A DNA stretch of 63,331 bases, counting the filler, from Reclinomonas americana ATCC 50394 (Eukaryota), in the NCBI GenBank assembly GCA_048213135.1. It is 16 parts of 16 records of this genome, joined end to end, with 100 filler letters (N's around TTAATTAATTAA, not from the genome) between each part and the next. Parts side by side here need not be neighbours in the genome. Positions count along the whole stretch, not along the records: positions 44,897 to 48,727 come from AFZH01022499.1; positions 48,828 to 55,395 come from AFZH01022502.1; positions 55,496 to 57,218 come from AFZH01022503.1; positions 57,319 to 58,370 come from AFZH01022505.1; positions 58,471 to 60,433 come from AFZH01022506.1; 11 more parts are not named here. The stretch is one strand, 5' to 3'. A program made the position numbers and the translations under genes. Below the pieces are notes generated by a model that was not told the origin of the DNA, did no database searches, and was given only the letters and a program-made list of their open reading frames with translations. Below, one piece after another: positions 48,056-60,533 of the stretch (position 1 is the stretch's first letter; every line of letters starts with the position of its first letter).

Positions 48056-51000
48056 GATCGTATTTTGTGTGGTTTGTGAAGCGCCATTCGTGATGCTGGT
48101 GTTTTTGTATGTTTCTCGCTGATGACATTGTTGTTTGTGTGTGTGTGTGCGTGTGTCTTCTGTTTGTGTTCAGTTACTTGTATGGCGGTGTGGGCACGCC
48201 TGTGCAAGTCCGGCAGCACTTCGTTGCTTGTGGCCGCAGGTCTGTTTGTCTCCGCGGTGATGAGTATTCGATCGTCTGTGTCTTGCGTTGCTGATGTGTG
48301 TGTGCGTGTCGTTGCAGTGACGAGCTTCTCGCCGAGCAGCATCATTGTGGAGACGAGTGGCGTACAAGTGACTGTGAGTGACAGCGGTCTGTCGGATGCT
48401 GATGTGGTGCAGGTGCAGAGTGCGGGTGCGTGCACGGGTGCTGGGACTGTGCTGGCGCTTGTTTCGACGGCAGTCGATGGACTGACGACGATTCGACAAA
48501 CGACGAGCACGTCGCTTGGTGTTGGATCGTATTGGGTGTGGTGCGTGTCATGTATTGTTTTGTGAGCACAAGTTTTTGGAGGCGACAGTAATAAGCGTGC
48601 TGTCTGTCAAGCGAGAACAGTGCATGTCGTAGAAAGAGTGAGTGAGAGAGAAAGACGGACAGTGGGGAAGAGAGGAAGAGTGTTCCCTATGAGGTACGCT
48701 CCTTTTCTTCCATGCACTGATTGTTGCNNNNNNNNNNNNNNNNNNNNNNNNNNNNNNNNNNNNNNNNNNNNTTAATTAATTAANNNNNNNNNNNNNNNNN
48801 NNNNNNNNNNNNNNNNNNNNNNNNNNNTGTTTTTGCGAAGAGAGTCTTTGCTCTTAATGCGAATTTCTGCTGTTGCGACTGACGTGTTGTGCATGGAACA
48901 GCTACAAGTACAACAACACTGGATCGTTTGTGGCATTGGCGGGAGCACTGATCGTCTGTTGCGTAACTGTTTTCTTGATTCAAGGTCTAGTTTTCGTTCC
49001 ATTCCGCTAACTGGTTCTGCGCTCCATTACAGCCAAATCGGCAACGTCATACTCGCCGTCGAAGATCGTTGCTGAGACAACTGGCGAAGCCGTGACTGTA
49101 ACTGGACGTGCTTTGTCAAACACAGATGCTGTGCGACTTGTGTTGGGTGCGACGTGTGGTGGTTCAACTTCGTTCACGTTGACAACTGGCACTGTCGGTG
49201 GAAGCGCCGGAGCGCGCACGGTTCGCTTCACCACGTCAAGCACTGCCATCGCTGCGGGGTTTTACACTGTGTGGTATGTTTTGGACGTGATTGTGTCTTG
49301 GTGCTGTGGACGTCGGTTGTGCTTACTCGGTGCTGCTGTACTCCTCTCATAGTTATCAGTACGACGCTACCGGCAGTCTTGTCAGTGTTGGCAGTGCACT
49401 GGAAGTTGGTGCGTTCACACATATTTGCTTCCTCCGTTTTCTCTTTGTTGCTTGTCCCCTTTCTTGCCTCCTTGTATCTATCCTGCTTCTCACTTTCTGC
49501 TCATTACCACAGGTGCAAGCGGCGACTCCTTCACTCCTTCATCGATACGCTCCGAGACCAGTGGCGAGGTGATTTCCGTTACTTGGTCACGGCCTTGCCA
49601 ACTCCGATTCTGTGCAACTTGCTGCCGGTGTTGGATGCGCGGGTACAACATACAGCCTGTCTCCGGGCTCATTTAGCGGGTCAGCGGGTGCGCGAATTTT
49701 GACGGCTTCCACTCCTGGTCTCACCATTCCGGCGGGTGTTTACACTATTTGGTTAGTGGATGCGCTTTCTCTGTCTAATGCGCACTGCATGTGATCCTCT
49801 CTTCTTCATCCTCTCTCAACAATTTCTCCTCTCCCAGCATTCAGTTCAGTTACACCACCGGCTATGTGGCGGTTTCTGGCGGCACGATTACTGCTGGTTC
49901 GTGCAGATCACGGTCTCAATGGGCTTTGTTGGTGCTGCCTCACATTACATCTTGGTTCAATTTTCCTGTGCTGCTGATATACAGTCGAGACGGCCGATGC
50001 TTTCTCACCAGACACGATATTCTCCGGAACCGCCAACCAAGTGGTCACCATTACAGGGCACGGCTTGCTTGCGGCCGATGCGGTCAAGCTGGTGTCTGGG
50101 ACGATTTGCAGCGGCAGTCCGCAGTTCACTCTGACTCCGAGTGCTGCAACAGCTGGCGTGGCAGGAGTGCGGCTGAAGACGGCATTCACACCAGATTCCA
50201 GTCTCACGAATGGCACCTACTCTGTGTGGTACGTTGTGGAGTAGCACTGAAGAAGCAGATTTGGGTTGCTGCCTCTCTACGCTCAATTCTTCACGATCTT
50301 TGTCAGCTCAGACGCCCTTTGTTTGTACTTTCTGTCTTCTCTATTTCACCCGGGTGCTTGCAGAGAAGCAGATTTGGTGCAGTGTTTGTGTGCCATCTTG
50401 CCATCGCACGATTATTCGTGCTCATGCATCCCCTATCTGCGCTGCTCATTTACTTGTCATCGGATTTGCTGTACTCATCGTCGATATCCCGTCACAGCGT
50501 TCAACTGACGTACCCGACGGGGGGCGTGTACTCTAAAGTCGGCACGACAGAAATTTCTGTCGGTACGTTATTGTCGCGCATCGTGCATCTTGGTCGTTGC
50601 CGCGTCGTTGCTCATCAACTTGTCGTCCAGTGACTCCTCTGGTAGTTACCGGCTACAGTCCGGCAAGCATCGTTGCAGAGACTGCCGGAGTGCAGTTAAC
50701 AATCACTGGTGCCGGTTTGCAGCTGACAGATACTGCTGCGCTGTTCTTGGGCACAAGTGTTTTCGTGTCTTGCGACACTGCCACATCGTACTCGCTCACG
50801 TCGACGTCAGTGTCTAGTGGGTTGCAAAAGATAGTGACGCTGGACACGAGTTTCCTTCCACGTGGCTACTATGCTGTCTGGTCAGCCAAATATCGCAGCC
50901 GTGTTTGTTATCTGATGTGTCTCTGCTCACCAATCGTGCCCAACAGCTACCACTTTGTGGGTGCACTCGGGTACCCGTACGTCATGGTCCCGACTTCGGC

Positions 51001-54000
51001 TCTCGTAGTCGGTATGCAAACAGCTTCCTTTCCGTATTTGGAAAACACTGCGGCTTATGTTCGCTCACCGTGCTTACGCAATCAGTGTCGAGTGCCGATG
51101 CTTTCACTCCTTCCACCATTACTGGCCAGCTGGCTGGCGCGCTGCTGACCGTTACCGGTCACGGTCTGTTGGCATCGGATAATGTGCAGCTGATGCCATC
51201 TGGAACGTGTTCGGGGGCGACGGCCTATCGTCTCGCAGCGCAGTCGTTTGGCGGAGTGGCGTCGGCTCGTGAGGTTGTCGTGGCGACGACTACGGAGAGC
51301 TCTGTGCCTGTTGGATCGTTCTATGTGTGGTGAGTGGGGAGGGGAAGGGAAGGGGTGAAGGAAAGGGAGGTGAGGGGGAAAGAGGAGAAGGGAGAGGGGG
51401 GAGGAGACGGGAGGGGAGGGGAAGGTAGGGGAAGGGAGGAGAGGAGAAGGGAAATGTGTGAGGGAAGAGAGAAGAGGAGAAGGAGGAGAAGGGAAGAGAG
51501 GAAAAGAGGAGAATTTGTGAGAGGGGGGATGAGAGGAGACGGGAAGGGAAGGGAAGGGAGGAGACGGGAGGAGACGGGAGGAGAAGAGAGAAGAAGAAGG
51601 AAAGAAAGGAGAAGAGAAGGAGAAGGGAAGAGAGGAAAAGAGGAGAATGTGTGAGAGGGGGGATGAGAGGAAAGATGAGAGGAGATAAAGGAACGTAAGA
51701 GAAAGGAGAGGGGAAGAGCGGAGAGAAGAGAGGAAGTGAGAGGTGAGAAGGAGTGAATAAGAACTGGGACCGATGAGAATGTGCGGTTGCTTCCTTGTGC
51801 GACAGGTTGTCAAGTGTGACTGAGTGTGTATACGTGAGTTAGTGAGCGAGGGCGAGAGAGTGAGACCAGCTCAGCTGGGAGGGATGAGAAGGAGGTGAAG
51901 GGAGGAGGGATGGGGAAGCAACGGTGAAAAGAATGAGTGAGTTGTAAGATGCGTTATGTGGTCAGAGAGACACTGATAATGAAAGCATGTATGTTGAGCG
52001 AGGTGCACGAGATTACGTTGGAATGGAGCCCTGCATTACAGAGGATAGTGGATGGACTATGTAGACTGGAGACATTTGCATCGATTGAATGAGCATTCCT
52101 GGTCGTTGGCATGGTTTTCTTGCGTCAAAAGCTCGTTTTTTTTTCTGTTACTCTCTGCGAGAAGCAAGCTTGAGTCAGCGTATTCCTTTTACTCACACTG
52201 TGTATTACAGTATTAAATTTGGTGGCGTCGGATCGTTCACTGTCGTCGCTGGTGGCCAACTTACCGTCTGTGAGTACGAGTGGAGCGTGCGAAGAGTGCG
52301 GGGATCAAAATGAGATGCTCATGTGCTTGTGTTTTCGGCAGTGCCGTTGCCAACATTTTCAATCCCAACCGTCGCGTCGTCGTACACGGTGACAATCGGC
52401 AACACGACCACTATTGGTACGGTCACCCAGCATGTCATGCTCACATCCATCATCTCATTCTCCTGTATCTGTCTGTAGTCACTGGTGCAACAACATCGAG
52501 CACAATCGGTCTTCGCGTCGGTTTGTCCGGACAAGTAGTGGTGCTGACGGTGCCAGTGGCCTCGTTCCCCTTTGCCACACCGTCATTTACACTGTTCAAA
52601 AACGCCGACTGCCGCGGAAATGTGGCCACCATCGTCAGCGGCTTCAACATCGCGTCTGATGGCACGACCTATACCATTACATTCACATTCGACACGACTG
52701 GAGAGCCAACACCAACGAAGCAGCAGTTGTGCCTGTCATCCACTGACCTGGCAGGCTACTTTAGCCTCGCGTCTGTATCCATTTGTTGCGTGCATGCTGG
52801 AGATATTCTGATGTCAGGTTTACCTAACGAGGTGAATATGCAGATCGTGTCAAGAGCACTTCCGCGCCTTCCATATCCCAGGGCATCAAGTCGCAAACTG
52901 TTGTTTTGTCGGGTGGTGACTTCCCATTGCTGGCTGCAAGTGCCGCCAATGGCAGTAATCCAGTCACACCAGGCGGCACACCACTGGCATTCTTCCTCTC
53001 ACTCGCCACCGACTGTTCGTCGATGGACTTGCGGGCGGCTGCCTTTGTGGTCACTGCGGTGTCGCCGACGCGTATTACGGCCACGGTTTCCACTATTTCT
53101 GCGGTCTCTCTCGCCTCGTGCACCCTGGATCCGCCTGGCACGTATCAAATTTGTGGTCGGTGTGTTGCGGAGGGAAAGAGGGAAGGGAGGGGAGGGAGAA
53201 AGAGAGAGGGAGGAGGGGGAGGGTGGGAAGGGGAAAGGGAGGAACGACGGTGAAGAAAGAGAGACAATGGGATAGAGAGAGGGTATTACCGTTGAGAGTG
53301 ATATGGGCGAGTGGAAATGGTGATCAAGAAAGGGCGTGAGAGTGGATGGTGTGGGGCAGAAAGAACAAAGTAGTGGGTGCCGGGAGGAGAGATGAAGTAA
53401 AGCGAGAGAGGCAGGTGGGCCGCGAAATAGATTTTCTGTGTGTGTGTGAGAGAGATATGCGAGGATGTGAATGAGAGGGAAGCTGCGAGAGGCAAGAGGG
53501 CTGAGGAGCAGTAGGAAAGATGAGTGAGAGGCTGCAGGTGAGCCACGTATGTGCGAGAGATACGCGAGGATGTGAATGAGAGGGAAGGTGTGAGAGGCAA
53601 GAGGGCTGAGGAGCAGTAGGCAACTGACAGTGAGAGCCTGCGTGCGCGAATGAGTGGGACTTTTTGTCATTCTCTTTCTTGTTCAACGAGAAAAGTGGAA
53701 GGATACGAGAGAATGCGATTGATCTAACGACGTTTCACCACCATCGACTATTCGACTGACAAAATATCTGCGCGCAGCTTCCAGGACGGCTCGTATGTGC
53801 CTCTCGGTGTGACATTGACCATCACGACCGTCACCGACCCCGATGTCGGCTTCATTTCTCCAAAGTCTCTGCCTCTCGGTGTGCCAACTACGCTGGCGTT
53901 GCATTCGCCATCACGCACGTTGTCGAATTGTACTCGTTTCAAGGTCGTCGACGCTGGATCCGACTGCAATGGTCCGGCTTCGGGTGAGTGCTGAGAATGA

Positions 54001-54333
54001 GAAGATTCTGCGCGTGCGGTGGGTGGATGAGATCTTTACTCACCATTTTTATGCCTCTCTTTTTCTCTCTCGTCAGCGGCCCTTGCGCTTACGGCCTTCC
54101 AAGACGGCGTGTTTGATGCGTCGTCATGCTTCTATGGATCTGTTGCTGGCGGCTGTGGACAGTTCAAGGTGCAGCTCACGAGCTCCAAGTCGGTGTATGC
54201 CACGTTCTGTGTGGCAACCACTCCAGGGGCGACATACAAGGCGGTGTCGAACAGCGACATTCGTGTTACCTCGGGTATGCTGGTGCAGACGTCGTCGGTG
54301 GTGGCCAACCAGGCGGGGACGATCGTTGCGTGG
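48056..54333 (+). CDS. exon-modular Ig/IPT-like repeat surface protein (5' end missing; possible frameshift in first short exon)
   Basis: At least 6 repeats of pattern (S/F)SPxxIxxETxGxxxTVTGxGLxxxDxVxL...C...GxYxVC, each a long exon ending in TG|gt plus a short exon. Confidence 0.65.
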
Positions 54334-54334
54334 T

Positions 54335-54645
54335 GAAGAGGGAAGGCGGGTGAAGAGGGAAGGGAGGTGAAGAGGGAAGGGAAGGCGGGTGAAGAGGAAA
54401 GGGAGGTGAAAAGGAAAGCTTTAAAGGGAGGTAAAGAGGGAAGGCGGGTGAAGAGGGAAGGCGGGTGAAGAGGGAAGGGGGTAAAGAGGGAAGGATGTAA
54501 AGAGGGAAGGGGGGTAAAGAGGGAAGGGGGGTAAAGAGGGAAGGGGGGTGAAGAGGGAAGGCGGGTGAAGAGGGAAGGCGGGTGAAGAGGGAAGGGGGGT
54601 AAAGAGGGAAGGAGATAAAGAGGGAAGGATGTAAAGAGGGAATGG
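54335..54645. repeat. intronic 17-19-bp minisatellite
   Basis: Tandem gt(a/g)aagagggaagg(c/g)gg(g). Confidence 0.85.
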
Positions 54646-56310
54646 GGGGAGGGAGTTTCGACAAGGAGAAGGGAGGGGAATAATGGGCGTTGTGGAAGGA
54701 TGTGAGACGAGGAGAAAAGAGGTAAAGAGGGAAGGGGAGGAGGGAAGTGAGTCGAGGAGAAGGGGGGTTTTGAAGGCATTTTGCATGGAAGAGACAGAGG
54801 GTGGATGTGTGTTGATGAGAAAGCAAGGGAGAGAGAAACAGACTGAAGAATGTCTGTTGAGTTTGTGTGCATTACAAAAGAGGAAAGGCAGAAGGGAGAA
54901 AGGCAACAGATTAGCTTTGGAAGTGTGTGGATGGGAACGCGTTGGGGATTCTAACGAGGAGAAGTGTGTCCGTGGAGTGTTTGTGGCGCAAGAGAGGATC
55001 GTCAGGAGATGAATAGGTTGTGGTATTGTGTAGATGTGGATGCAAACGATTGAGAGAATGAGAATGCCAAGAATGGAAAGGAGAAGGACGGAAAGGAGAC
55101 GGATTGGTTGCGGCAGTGAGTGTGTTCATGGAGATGTGAAGGAGAGAGAAACAGAGAGAAGTGTGTCGGGTGGAGATTGTATGGCAAGAGAGGATCGTCA
55201 GAGGGGGGAGGGAAAGGATTGGTTGTGGTTGAAAGTGCGGAGATGGATGCGAGGAAGAGAGAGCCAAAGAAAAGTCAGTTCGAGGGAGATTGCGTGTGGC
55301 ATGCGAAGAAATGCAGAGGGGGAAGGAAGAATTCGTCGCGGCAGATACCGTGTGGATGGATGCAAGGGAGAGCAGAAGAATGTTTGTGAAAATGTNNNNN
55401 NNNNNNNNNNNNNNNNNNNNNNNNNNNNNNNNNNNNNNNTTAATTAATTAANNNNNNNNNNNNNNNNNNNNNNNNNNNNNNNNNNNNNNNNNNNNAGGTG
55501 GGAAGGGAATGAATACTTTGTGGCGTTGTGGATGAGAATGCATTGTAGAGATAGTAACAATGAGAAGTGTTACGTGGAGGCAGTGTGTGTGGTAAGAGAG
55601 GATCGTCAGAGGTGGGGAGGGAAATGATACTTTGTGGCAGTCTGGATGAGAATGCATTGGCGAGATAGTAACAGTAATAAGTGTGCCGTGGAGGCTGTGT
55701 GTGTGGCAAGTCAGAGGGGGAAAGGGATAGCATACGTTGTGGTAGTGTGTGGATTGGATGCCATTGAGAGGGTTGCAAAGCGAGCGCTGTCAATGGAGGT
55801 TGATTCTGTATGCAAGAGAGAGGTTGGAGGGAGAAGAAAGGAAGGACAGGTTGTCAATATTTGTGGTATTGTGTGACGACGGTAAGAAGGAGAGAGTGAG
55901 ATAGGAGGAGGGCATCAGTGGAGATTGTTCTTGTCCTACGAGAGTGAGAGACCGACTGGGGGGAGGAAAAGATTAGTTGTTTCCCTGTGTGATGTTAATG
56001 CACCGCATGAGGGGAGTGGTCGTTGAGGAGGGAAGTGGCTGAGACTTTTAGGAGTGTGTGCTTGGGGATTCAGCAGATGAGTGACATAGAGGACTGAAGG
56101 TCAACTGTGCGTGCGAGGAGAGGAGGTGGGGGACAGAAAGGAAATGTTGAGGTGCTGTTGATGAGATAAACAACAACAAGTGAGTGAGTCAGAGAGTTTA
56201 TGTGTGAAATAGAGAGGAGTGACGGAGGAGTGGGTTGGATATCATGGCAATCTCAATCACACGATGTCCACGGCTTGCATGCTGACGTTTGCTTCCTGGT
56301 TGTGCGACAG

Positions 56311-57218
56311 ATGAGCACTGGCACTGGCACTCGCTCCGTGGAGATCACGCACCGCTTTGTGCAATCGTTCCCGGCGATTCCCACTGTGCTCTTTGGCATC
56401 TCCGCTCTCTCCAATACGATTGAAGGCGACACTGAAATTCGCTGCGCGAGGCCGTCGGTCACCAATTTTATGCTGACGGTGCAGTGCTCGGCACTCGGCA
56501 CTGCGCAGTTCGACTCGCTCATTACCAGTTTCGTGAGATCGACTTCGTTTTCGTGCACACTTGCATGAAACTCACGACCTGCGTGGCAGATTTCATCGCC
56601 ATGTACGCGGACCCTGCCGCGACGTACACACACGACACCGAGTTGCCGCGTCAGAAAGCCGCCAATGAGTGGCTGAGCCTGGCCACCGACAAGAATTTCA
56701 CCACGGTTTGTTGATGCATGCCGACCTGTCCATGGTCCTTGGACTCATTCATCGCAACCACGCGGCTGTGTGAGCAGGAAGTGGTGAATGCCCATGCTTT
56801 CGGATTCCAGACAATCCCCTCGATTGCGCTGGCGCTGACGGGCGTGCGGTCCATTCGACTCGATCCGAGTGGCACGGCGCGCAGCGACAACTTTGAGGTG
56901 GCCGTCGGTGAGGCGGCCGCTGCCACCTCGCAGGTGTTGATGACGGTGCGCGGCGATAGTCGCGTGCAGGCGTTGGAGCTGCGTTCCATGCTGGTGGGAT
57001 CGCGGCTGGTGCCGCGTGACAATTCCAGTGGCTACGTGATGGTGTCGGGAGGTGAGTTTGACTGCGAAGATTTGCCGGCAGTTGTGCACGATTACTGACC
57101 TGGATCACCGTCATGTTGCACAGAGAGCACGCTGGTGGGAAACGCGCCGGTGGTGGTCACCCTCATCAGCAGTCAGTCAACCCATGGACTCAAGCAGACT
57201 GATTTCTACACCGCCGCA
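56311..57218 (+). CDS. H-type lectin-like domains (multi-exon fragment, possibly part of the upstream repeat gene)
   Basis: TRSVEITHRFVQSFPAIPTVLFGISALS...EIR and a second unit AFGFQTIPSIALALTGV match the H-lectin FxxxFxxxPxV pattern. Confidence 0.5.
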
Positions 57219-58472
57219 NNNNNNNNNNNNNNNNNNNNNNNNNNNNNNNNNNNNNNNNNNNNTTAATTAATTAANNNNNNNNNNNNNNNNNNNNNNNNNN
57301 NNNNNNNNNNNNNNNNNNAAATAGAGTGAGTGTGTGTGAGAGAGAAAGAGCTGTCTTTTTCTGTCGCTGCCAGCAGCGAGGAAGGAGTGCAAGAGTGTAT
57401 CGAGAGTCGTATTTGCTTGTTACAGAGTGAGTTTGAATGACATGTGTATGTGCTGCATCTTTTCTGAATGCCAGCATCAGAGGTCGGCACCTCACGCGCT
57501 TGTGGATGCCTGTCTCTTGGCTTCATGGGTCGAGACATTGAGGGAGCGAGGATGTGTGTGTGGATGAGAAAGAGAGAGATCGACCTTGTGCCTTTTTGAC
57601 GGAGAGAGATTGTTCACAAGGTCGCATTGTGAGTGTGTGTGAGACATAGAAAACGGGAGACGTCAGATAGAGAGATAGAGAGAGAGAGAGAGATCCCAGA
57701 TACCTCGCCTGTGAGCGACCTGACGTCTCTTGTTGTTGGGATGAAACATAAAGGGAGGGAGCGAGTATGTGTGTGTGAGAGAGAGAAAGATTGACCTTGT
57801 GCTCGACACGGGGAAGAGCGGGGGACGAGTGGTCCAGAAGAGATAAGAGAGTGAGGCGTATTTGTTGTGTGAGGGGGATATCGATAATGAGACGGTAGTT
57901 GAGAAAGAGAGAAAGGAGAAGCAAGACTGTGATGTATGTGTGAGAGAGAGAGAGAGAATGAGAGGGGGAAAAGAAGAGGAGAATAAATAAGTCGGAAATG
58001 TTAGACGGTGATGGGGGTGATGAGAGTGAGATCGAGAGGGCGAGGAGGAAACAAGGAGGATGACAGGCAAGGCTGTGATCGGGAAAGAGAGAGAAGCGGG
58101 GAGAGAGGGGAGACAAGTGGACAAGTAGTATCCGAGGAAGTAGACGGGATTGGTGTGCGGGAGGGATGTGAGTTGGAAAAGGAGAGAAGGGGAAGGAAGG
58201 GAAGAGGTTAAGGAGAAAGGGAGGATGAGAGAGAAGAGCTTGCTGATGACGGTTGTGGAGGTGTGGAGAAAGGAGGCGTACGAGAGAAAAGATCGTGCGC
58301 TTGTGAGGATCGAGGGAAGGGGAGGAGGCGGGGTGGGGAGAAAGGTGCGGGCGTTTGAGTGGAAGGAGGANNNNNNNNNNNNNNNNNNNNNNNNNNNNNN
58401 NNNNNNNNNNNNNNTTAATTAATTAANNNNNNNNNNNNNNNNNNNNNNNNNNNNNNNNNNNNNNNNNNNNAG

Positions 58473-59575
58473 CCACCACGTGTACGTGATCGATTTTGGC
58501 CTCAGCAAGAAGTTTGATGAGACCAAGAAGCCGAGCAAGCACTGTTCATTGACCGGCACGCCGCGATACGCCAGCGTCAACGCTCATCTGGGTGTCGGTG
58601 CGTTTTTGCTTTTTTCTCCTCCCGTCGTGTGGCATGCATGCGGCGAGCTCATTTGCCCTCCTGTTCTCAGAGCAATGCTACCGGGACGATCTGGAGAGCC
58701 TCGGCTACGTACTCCTGTACTTCCTGCGCGGTTCGCTGCCATGGCAAGGACTGCAGGCCAAGAACAAGAAGGAGCGGTTGGAGAAGATCTCACAGAAGAA
58801 GATGGAGACACCCATCGAGGGCCTGTGCGAGGGACACCCACGTTGCGTTCCCGTGCTCATTATGATGACTCGTGTATGGCGGTCGGCTGACGACACAACG
58901 TACATGTGCAGCGGAATTCGTCGAGTACTTGCGCTACTGCCGAGGACTGAAGTACGCCGAGCGACCAGACTACCAGTACCTCAAGGACTTGCTCAAGGCT
59001 GTGTTTGTGCGCGAGGGCTACCAGATGGACTACTTGTTTGACTGGGTCATCAAGCAGCGGGTTTGTGCTGGCCGTGTACGCACCGGCTCAAAATCCCCAC
59101 AAACTCACTCGTGCCTGTGTGTTGTTGTTGTTTTGTGTTTGATTCATTCCGCCCGTGTGTGTGCGCTCTTGATTGTTGCTGGATCGACGCGCCGTGCAGC
59201 AAGAGGAGAAGGAAAGGATGAAGGCGCGGTTATTGGTGTGTTGTGTGTTGCGTGTTGTCTCCTCCTTTTGTGCGCTCGCTGCTCCCCGGTGCGATGCTGC
59301 TACTCTGTGCCCTGTGCTGTGTCTTGTCGTCATCGTCCCCCCGCGCCCTCGTCTTCTCCATCTCGTGCTCCTCCTGGTGGCTCGTCGCGTTGTGTCCAAT
59401 CCAGCAATTCAGTGACTTTTTGTGTCGCGGTTTTCTCACTCTCTTTTTGATCGTGCAGGGCGAAGCCACTGCACCAGCCACCGCAAGTGTCGTGGCAGCA
59501 GCACTGCCTCCACCAACGGCCGCCAGCTCGCAGGCCGCAGCGCCAACGTCGGCCAAGCCAAAACCACAATACTGA
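58473..59575 (+). CDS. casein kinase 1 family kinase, C-terminal part (5' end in gap)
   Basis: [11 protein letters not shown]...[44 protein letters not shown]...[24 protein letters not shown]...FDW. Confidence 0.93.
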
Positions 59576-60048
59576 GGGGTGGGCCGCATTTGTGACCGTA
59601 CTCCGCTCTCCGTCTCTACATAGTCCTCGGCGTCGGAGAGTGCAGGGGGGCGAAGAGTAGAAGTTGAAGGAAAGAAAAGAAAAAGCCGGTGGATCCGGGG
59701 AGAGGTCGCTCTCCTCGCTCACTGCTGTGTATGTGTGTGTTGTGTTTCGCCCTCTGCTCCTCTCTGCGTCTCTCTTTCTCTCTCCTCCGTCTCCCACTCC
59801 TATCCCTTCACAACAACTACAACTGTGTTTTTGCTTTTGTTTCCGTTGCTTGTCTCTTCTTTTGTGTCGTTTTTTTCACTCCCTATTTTCTTCTTCATCC
59901 TTTCAACAAACCAAACTTTCTCGCAAACGTACTTTTTCGAGTGAATGATCACGTGTGCAGCTCATCAACACTTGTTCTTCTACATTTTTTCTCTCGGCAC
60001 CCCTCCTCCGTCACCGACAAAGAGGCAGCGGCGGCGGTGTCAACAACC

Positions 60049-60433
60049 TCATTGTGACATGTAAAGATCGGCGTGTTCGCTGAGGCGCTGCGCCGAGCGC
60101 TTGGCATCGGAGAACAGCTCGTAAATCTCCTCCACGTCGCCCAGTGTCACCACGTCGCGAGCGTGCGTCTTGGCCAGAATACTTGCGGGTGTGAGAAGCT
60201 GGACAGCGAAACTGTTTCACCAAAAAAAGAGTGAGCACACACAATCAACCAACACACTCAGGCAGCATGGTAGCGCGCACGCACCGAAGTGTGGCCGACT
60301 CGCCAATGGCCGCGAGTCTGGTGAGGGCGTCGGGCTCCACCGCGATGCTCTCGGTGGTGGCACGAATGTGCAAAATCGACTGGATGTACTGCAGCTCGTA
60401 CGGGCTGGTGCGGAAGATCATCAGGCGATCGAG
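60049..60433 (-). CDS. RUVBL1: RuvB-like 1 (pontin/TIP49a), C-terminal two exons (60285-60433, 60049-60211)
   Basis: LDRLMIFRTSPYELQYIQSILHIRATTESIAVEPDALTRLAAIGESATLR|FAVQLLTPASILAK...VEEIYELFSDAKRSAQRL...YMSQ*. Confidence 0.88.
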
Positions 60434-60533
60434 NNNNNNNNNNNNNNNNNNNNNNNNNNNNNNNNNNNNNNNNNNNNTTAATTAATTAANNNNNNNNNNN
60501 NNNNNNNNNNNNNNNNNNNNNNNNNNNNNNNNN

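Noticed and set aside
39500..48100. NLR cassette as a transposable element
   Set aside because: No transposase, terminal inverted repeats, target-site duplication or shared 3' flanks seen among the three copies
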